DNA from: an uncultured delta proteobacterium
Lineage (GTDB): Bacteria > Desulfobacterota > Binatia > HRBIN30 > BPIQ01
NCBI GenBank assembly: GCA_963761335.1
Contig: CAVXGR010000011.1
Coordinates: forward strand, 352,001-416,000
Length of the DNA: 64,000 bases
Direction: 5' to 3'
The position numbers and the translations under genes are program-made. Each line of letters starts with the position of its first letter. Position 1 is the stretch's first letter. This document shows positions 62,104 through 64,000 of the stretch, in pieces. Below the pieces are notes generated by a model. The model made no database searches, had not been told where the DNA came from, and saw only the letters and a list, made by a program, of their open reading frames with translations.

Positions 62104-62940
62104 CTACTGCGCCGGAGCTGGTGGGCTCTGCACCTCGATCCATTTTCCGAGCACGCGTACCAGCGTGCCGTCGGCGTTCCAGGTAGCGAGCACCGCATCG
62201 AGACGGTCCCGCAGGGCCGTGTCGTCCCGGCGCACTGCCCAGGCCAGGTACTCCTTGGTCAAGGGCTCGTAGCGTCCGATCAGCTCACCGCCGTGCGCGG
62301 CATCTGCCGCCATCACCCGATAGATCGACGGGGCATCGTGGACGAAGATGTCGATCTGACGGGCGCGCAGCGCCTCCACCGCAGCGTCGACCGATTCGAA
62401 GCCCCGGTGGCTCGCCGCCGGCAGATGCTGGCGCACGTACGCCTCGCCGGTCGTCCCGGTGACGAAACCGATACGGGTGGCGGGCGTGTTGACGGCATCG
62501 CCGCGCAAACGCGCGTCGTCTTCGCGGCGCAGCAGCATCATCTGTCCGACGCGCAGATACGGATGCGCGAAGGTCACCAGTTGGCGGCGTTCTTCGGTAA
62601 TCGACATGCCGGACATGATCATATCGATGCGGCCGTCTCGCAGCGCCGGTATCAATTCCGGCCACGGCGTTTCGACCATCACGATCTTTTCTCCCAACGC
62701 CGAGGCGAGCTTGCGCGCGAAATCCACCTCCACACCGGCGAGTGCGCCCTGCTGGAGGAAAGCGAGGGGCGGATAGTTGGGGGCGATCCCCACCCGCAGC
62801 TCCGGGTAGAACACCGTCGCCGTGGTTGGCTTCGCCCGGGGCGCCCCGCAGCCGGCGAACGAGACCAGGGCCGCAATCATCATGACAGCGGTGACCGTAG
62901 ATCGCTTTCGGCGGGAATTCGGCGTGTGCGGTTCCATCAT
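62104..62940 (-). CDS. Polar amino-acid-type (family 3) substrate-binding lipoprotein
   Basis: FAGC lipobox, LRVG..PNYPP, G.EVD, LIPAL..GRIDMIMSGMSIT.ER, GTTGE; start uncertain. Confidence 0.88.
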   Translation of the reverse strand: MMEPHTPNSRRKRSTVTAVMMIAALVSFAGCGAPRAKPTTATVFYPELRVGIAPNYPPLAFLQQGALAGVEVDFARKLASALGEKIVMVETPWPELIPALRDGRIDMIMSGMSITEERRQLVTFAHPYLRVGQMMLLRREDDARLRGDAVNTPATRIGFVTGTTGEAYVRQHLPAASHRGFESVDAAVEALRARQIDIFVHDAPSIYRVMAADAAHGGELIGRYEPLTKEYLAWAVRRDDTALRDRLDAVLATWNADGTLVRVLGKWIEVQSPPAPAQ

Positions 62941-63060
62941 CGCTCCCTGTCGTCGAGCCCGCTTCTGGCAGGGATCGCCGCCGCCGTCAACGCAGCGGGC
63001 GGTTGGATTGAGCCCATTGACAAGGACTGCCCGTCGATTTTCACGCCGCTGCGGGCGCGG

Positions 63061-63206
63061 GTTCCCTCTCCCGCATTGTTTCGCGGGAGAGGGCCAGGGT
63101 GAGGGCTCGGATCTTCTTGAACGCCGCAGAAATCGTGAACTTTCAGTGAAAGAAGCCCCTCACCTTGGTCCTCTCCCCGCGAAAAGAATGCGGGGAGAGG
63201 AGACCC
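63061..63206. repeat. Family D palindromic element (CCCTCTCCC...GGGAGAGGG doublet)
   Basis: Inverted homologue of 42488-42636. Confidence 0.8.
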
Positions 63207-63310
63207 TTGCGCGAGGCGGCGGGAGATAATTGCAGAGTCGGACCGGCAAACTAGGACAGTACCTTGGATTGCCAGAGTATGCCCTTTCTCCTACAGTGCT
63301 CGGCGCAATC

Positions 63311-63865
63311 ATGCTCCCGCGGTCCGATTGTGGTCGGCTCTTGGCCTTGGCGGCATTCAGCCTCCTTCTCATGGGTGTCGAGATCCGCCTTGCAGGTGCG
63401 CAACAAATCGGAGGCGGCCCGCTCAGCGGGGGAACCGGGCGCCGGCGCACGCTTGAAGGCGGCTCGCTCACCGGCGGCACGGTACCCGGGCGGACGCTCG
63501 AGGGTGGAACACTCACCGGTGGAACCGTCCCGGGCAGAACGCTCGAGGGCGGGACGCTCTCAGGCAGCCCTGTTCGCCGCTCCTGGGACGCGCCGATCGG
63601 GGGCGCGCCATTCTATCCTCTCCCGGTGGAGTATCCCCAAACCGGCGGCGAGGAATTCTCCGGCGCAGCGGTCGGGGAGCTCGAGCCGACCGGTGGCGAG
63701 GAAGGCGAAGAGTTCTACCCCGAGGCGACAGAAGATCAAGCCCCGACCGACGGCCAGGAGGCGACGGAGGAGCCGGAAGAGACCCAGCCCGCGGGTGCTC
63801 CCGTGTACGGGGTCGCCGGCTGGGAGCCTCCGGAGGGCGGAGCACCCGTCGTCGTCGTCCACTGA
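63311..63865 (+). CDS. Hypothetical exported protein with 15-aa repeats and acidic tail
   Basis: Hydrophobic N-terminus; RTLEGG(S/T)L(T/S)G x3; E/D-rich C-terminus. Confidence 0.55.
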   Translation: MLPRSDCGRLLALAAFSLLLMGVEIRLAGAQQIGGGPLSGGTGRRRTLEGGSLTGGTVPGRTLEGGTLTGGTVPGRTLEGGTLSGSPVRRSWDAPIGGAPFYPLPVEYPQTGGEEFSGAAVGELEPTGGEEGEEFYPEATEDQAPTDGQEATEEPEETQPAGAPVYGVAGWEPPEGGAPVVVVH

Positions 63866-63877
63866 GAGCCGGCGAAG

Positions 63878-63927
63878 GTAGAAGCGGCGTCTCGCCGCTT
63901 CGGGAAGCGCCGGGACGGCGCTTCTAC
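63878..63927 (+). repeat. Family B REP doublet, copy 5
   Basis: Identical to 20440-20489. Confidence 0.9.
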
Positions 63928-64000
63928 CTCGGTCTTGAGACGCCTTCCTCAACGCGCCGGCAGTCGCGGCCCGCGCCCCGCTCAGGCGCGCGCCCGGTGC

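Overview
High-GC bacterial chromosomal window. Gene content and style suggest a deltaproteobacterium-like lineage such as Ca. Binatia, which is an inference. It holds, in order: a surface-glycan modification cluster (1-14.4 kb) facing a 1364-aa Thr/Pro-rich surface protein; convergent selA and selB; an acyl-CoA dehydrogenase; a REP-associated tyrosine transposase (RAYT) flanked by its REP arrays; cstA; a RavA/ViaA-like MoxR-VWA pair with DUF2333; a GcvH homologue lacking the lipoyl lysine; pcm, ftsB, eno and lemA-htpX; P450 and lipid/aromatic catabolism genes; amgK-murU; and a complex I operon (nuoACDEHJKLMN) with no nuoB, F, G or I. Three unannotated signals stand out. (i) Non-coding cassettes with conserved ends and variable cargo sit, singly and in tandem, at the same CAG of a palindromic repeat, and an uninterrupted copy of that repeat lies in-frame inside nuoM. 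(ii) A 34-aa, 50%-lysine micro-ORF lies behind a consensus sigma70 promoter and ahead of two terminators. (iii) A two-gene RHH/zinc-ribbon operon has a perfect operator palindrome. All product calls come from motif recognition, not database searches.
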